Shown: in pieces, positions 61,293-64,000 of the stretch
How the letters are laid out: every line of letters starts with the position of its first letter
Position numbering within the stretch: position 1 is the stretch's first letter
Assembly (NCBI GenBank): GCA_963575745.1
Contig: CAUYUJ010000192.1
Coordinates: 62,001 to 126,000, forward strand
DNA length: 64,000 bases
Direction of reading: 5' to 3'
Source: Prorocentrum cordatum
Taxonomy: Eukaryota
Notes under the pieces: generated by a model
Databases searched by the model: none
What the model was told of the DNA's origin: nothing
The model's input: only the letters and a program-made list of their open reading frames with translations
Position numbers and translations under genes: made by a program

Positions 61293-63074
61293 CCAACTTC
61301 TGGGCATCTCTGCCGCAGTTCGGTATCGATCCACCGGTCCCATCCATTTCGGGCCGTGGTATCTGTCGGTAGCAAAACACGGGAGCCTCCGTGGGGTGCA
61401 GTAGCGCCGACTAGCGTTTGGTAGTCGATGAGACAGCGTCGATTCAGTGTCGATCTACGTCGATCAGAGACGGCTAGCGCCGATTTAGCATCGATTAGCG
61501 TCGAGCAGCGTCGACTCGCAAGAGCCAACAAGATGGTATCGGCCGCACAAGAATCTCAACCCCACCCTCGTATCACCCCAGTTGGGAATAGGTCCCTCGA
61601 AGCCCGAAGGGAACAGGCGATGACCCCATCTAAGGGGGTAATGGACGAAACAGCTGCACAGACATGTTTCTCTCAAGGGTCGCGCGTAAAGGCGGCGCAA
61701 GAGGCGCCGCAAGGGGGGACTGGGCGCGTCGTCCTCGTCCTCGTCGTCGTCGTCGTTGTCGTCGTCGTCGCCAGTGGGGACAGGAATCGGCGAAACGGTG
61801 CTGACTGCTCTGTCTCGGCGCGCTCCGCCGGGGGATCGGCGAGCAGCAAAGCAGAAGGGCGCCCTCGAGGCCGCGAAGTCACTCGCGCTCCAGGCTTCGG
61901 CCTCGATTCCTCGTCCTCCTCGGCTCTCCCTCTCCCTCTCCTTCTCCCTCTTCTCCTCCTCCCTCGCCCTCCTCCTCGTCCTCCTCCTCCCTCTCCTCCC
62001 TCTCCTCCTCCTCTCCTCTGCTCCTGCTCCTCCTCCTCCTCCTGCTCCTCCTCCTCCTCCTCCTCCTCCTGAAGGAGCATGTTTTTCTTTAGATCCAGGC
62101 GAGTTTTCTTGCATGGCGTTCGACCCCCACCCCCTCCTCCCCGCCCCTCTTCTATCGAACACGAGCGTGCAAGTGCCTTTCGGCTTGCGCGGTTTCCGCA
62201 CGTCAAACTGTTCTCGGCTTGCTTCAAGCTCAGCCCCCCGCCCGTCCATGCAAGTAAACTTGCCCGAGTCTACCAAGAAACAGGCTCCAGGGGGACGGCG
62301 CGAGAGCGCGGAGGTGTTCGCGCTCTCGCGCAGCGTGAGAGCGCGAAGTCAGGCGCCCTTGGCATCCGCAGGGGGGGGGGCCTTGGCATCGCTCGGACGT
62401 GTGTACTCTTGCTTCGCGATAGCCATCGAAGAGCATGATGGGGGTCATCCTGCGAAGCGAAAGCACGGAGGAAGGAACAGCCGCATCCGCACGAACTGCT
62501 GGAACTCCCCGCGGACGTCTTGGATCTTCGCGGCCCCCCCCCCCACGCCTCCCCCAGCGCGCGAAGTCCGCCGGAGGCGGCGCGGGAGGGGCCGCCAGGG
62601 GGCCCCGGCGCAGATCCCAGAAGTCCGCGCGGAGCTCAAAAAGGCTATGATTACAGTCGGGGCCCTGAAGAAGGAACCCTTTTCGTTGGGGAGGGGCTCC
62701 GCGTTCCTGAATTGTTTCACAGCTTGCCTCAGGTTTTCCTTATGTTTTCGATGGGAAATCGAAGTTCAATTTATGGTAAAAAGGGGCCTCGTTCCTTATC
62801 TAGGGTTCCTTAGGTCAACGCCCCGACTGTATGCAGTTTTCGTTCTTCCTCTAAACATGCACGCGCAAAACCGATCAATGCACGAGGAAGGGACGCCTGA
62901 GCGATGGCGAGGGGCGTTTTTCGTTCGAGGGGGGGCGGGGTGCCCCGGCGGTCTTTGCCCTCTCCCTTGCACCCGTGCGGAAGGTAAAGCAGGGGCGGTC
63001 GGCGAGAGAGGAAGAAGGTCCAGGGAAGAGGGAGGCGAGGGGTGCAGGGAGAGAGAGAGAGAGAGAGAGTCAGA

Positions 63075-63240
63075 GGAGGACAAGGTACCCATATTGCTGC
63101 GCTTCCCTCGTTTTCCCTTTTTGGGCCTCCTGGGAGGCCCTCGTCGCCACCGCCGGATTCGCTTCGAAATTCTGGTCAGAACGCACTCCGGGAGGGGCCC
63201 GGGGAGCAGCGAGATCAGTACCTCTTGGTTTTCCCACAGA
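63075..63240. repeat. Dispersed repeat; related copies at ~39655-39760, ~40030-40110 and ~52420-52590
   Basis: Shared gaggaaaaggtaccc...gggcctcctgggaggccctcgtcgccaccgc...ttcgc...gaaattctg. Confidence 0.65.
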
Positions 63241-64000
63241 GAGAGAGGGGGGGGGGAGAAGAAGAGAAGAGAGGGGGAGCGAGAGCGAGAGGGAGAGAAT
63301 GGAAGGGATCGGCGGCGAGCCCAGTCGAGGACCATCCTGGACCATCGAGCAGAACAAAACACGCACGAAACCGACAAATGCACGGGAAATGAACGTCCGA
63401 GCGACGGTGAGGAGGGTGTCTGAGAAGTCCCGCCGCCTTCTGAGAAGGCCTTCTCCTTCTCACTTCACGCCCTCGCTCGCCGCCGATGAGAGCAAGAGGG
63501 AGAGGGAGAGAGAAAGAGAGGGAGAGAGAGAGAGAGAGACAGAGATTGACAGAGCGAGGGCGACGGCGACCATGCTGGGATGAGATGGGGGACGGGAAGG
63601 TTCGCAGTACGTACCGGCATGGGAAGAGATGTCACGCAATGTCACGGGGTCACAGAGTGACGACAACCTCGGCGACTAAGGCACCATGCACCGAAGCCAG
63701 GTCACATGCCGTGCCACTCTGTGGCGTTCGCTCCCACTCCTCCCCTCCAAACAAAAAAAAGATGTCACGGGGTCTGTCACTCAGGAGCGAAAGAAGGACG
63801 TACATGTACATGAATCCACGCTGGTTTTGAGAGTTCGCATTGCGCGAATGTTCGTATCGCGCGGCAGGTCTCGCGGGTCAAGGGGCCGTGTTCATGTATA
63901 TAGCTGGGCGCGTACGTCCTTTGTGGGCTCCCTAGTCACGTGAGACATTGCGATTGGTGCATTGCTTTGGCCAGGCATCTCGCTCGGAGCGCGAGGAACC

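Noticed and set aside
61756..63423. 555-aa ORF
   Set aside because: It runs through microsatellites and three dispersed repeats in stop-poor GC-rich DNA, with no domain motifs.

Overview
This is a repeat-dominated, GC-rich eukaryotic genomic window. It is most consistent with a dinoflagellate, inferred from LINE protein signatures, a relict spliced-leader-like motif and composition; the organism is not verified. I see no prokaryotic operons, rRNA, tRNA or CRISPR arrays. Contents: (i) a 5'-truncated multi-pass membrane protein CDS (1-828) and a few isolated putative exons; (ii) four or five degenerate non-LTR retrotransposons; (iii) a 349-aa exon/ORF (22100-23152) that looks like a pro-protein, with a poly-Arg cleavage site followed by a 66-aa hydrophobic peptide with 6 Cys; (iv) many unrelated MITE/foldback elements, most with T...A termini and 5-bp target-site duplications (one with an apparent empty site in the window), plus a TA-TSD Tc1/mariner-type MITE pair and a 1.1-kb element with an 8-bp TSD; (v) tandem arrays of ~90, ~165 and ~420 bp units with higher-order block structure, many microsatellites and a 100-N gap. 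The most notable LINE (~3100-13120) has the order ORF1-RNase H-APE-RT-C2H2 zinc fingers-degenerate cytosine-methyltransferase-like tail. It is split inside the RT into two oppositely oriented halves, the geometry expected from twin-primed 5' inversion. Most ORFs in the supplied track are repeat artefacts. All protein family calls are by motif recognition, not database search.
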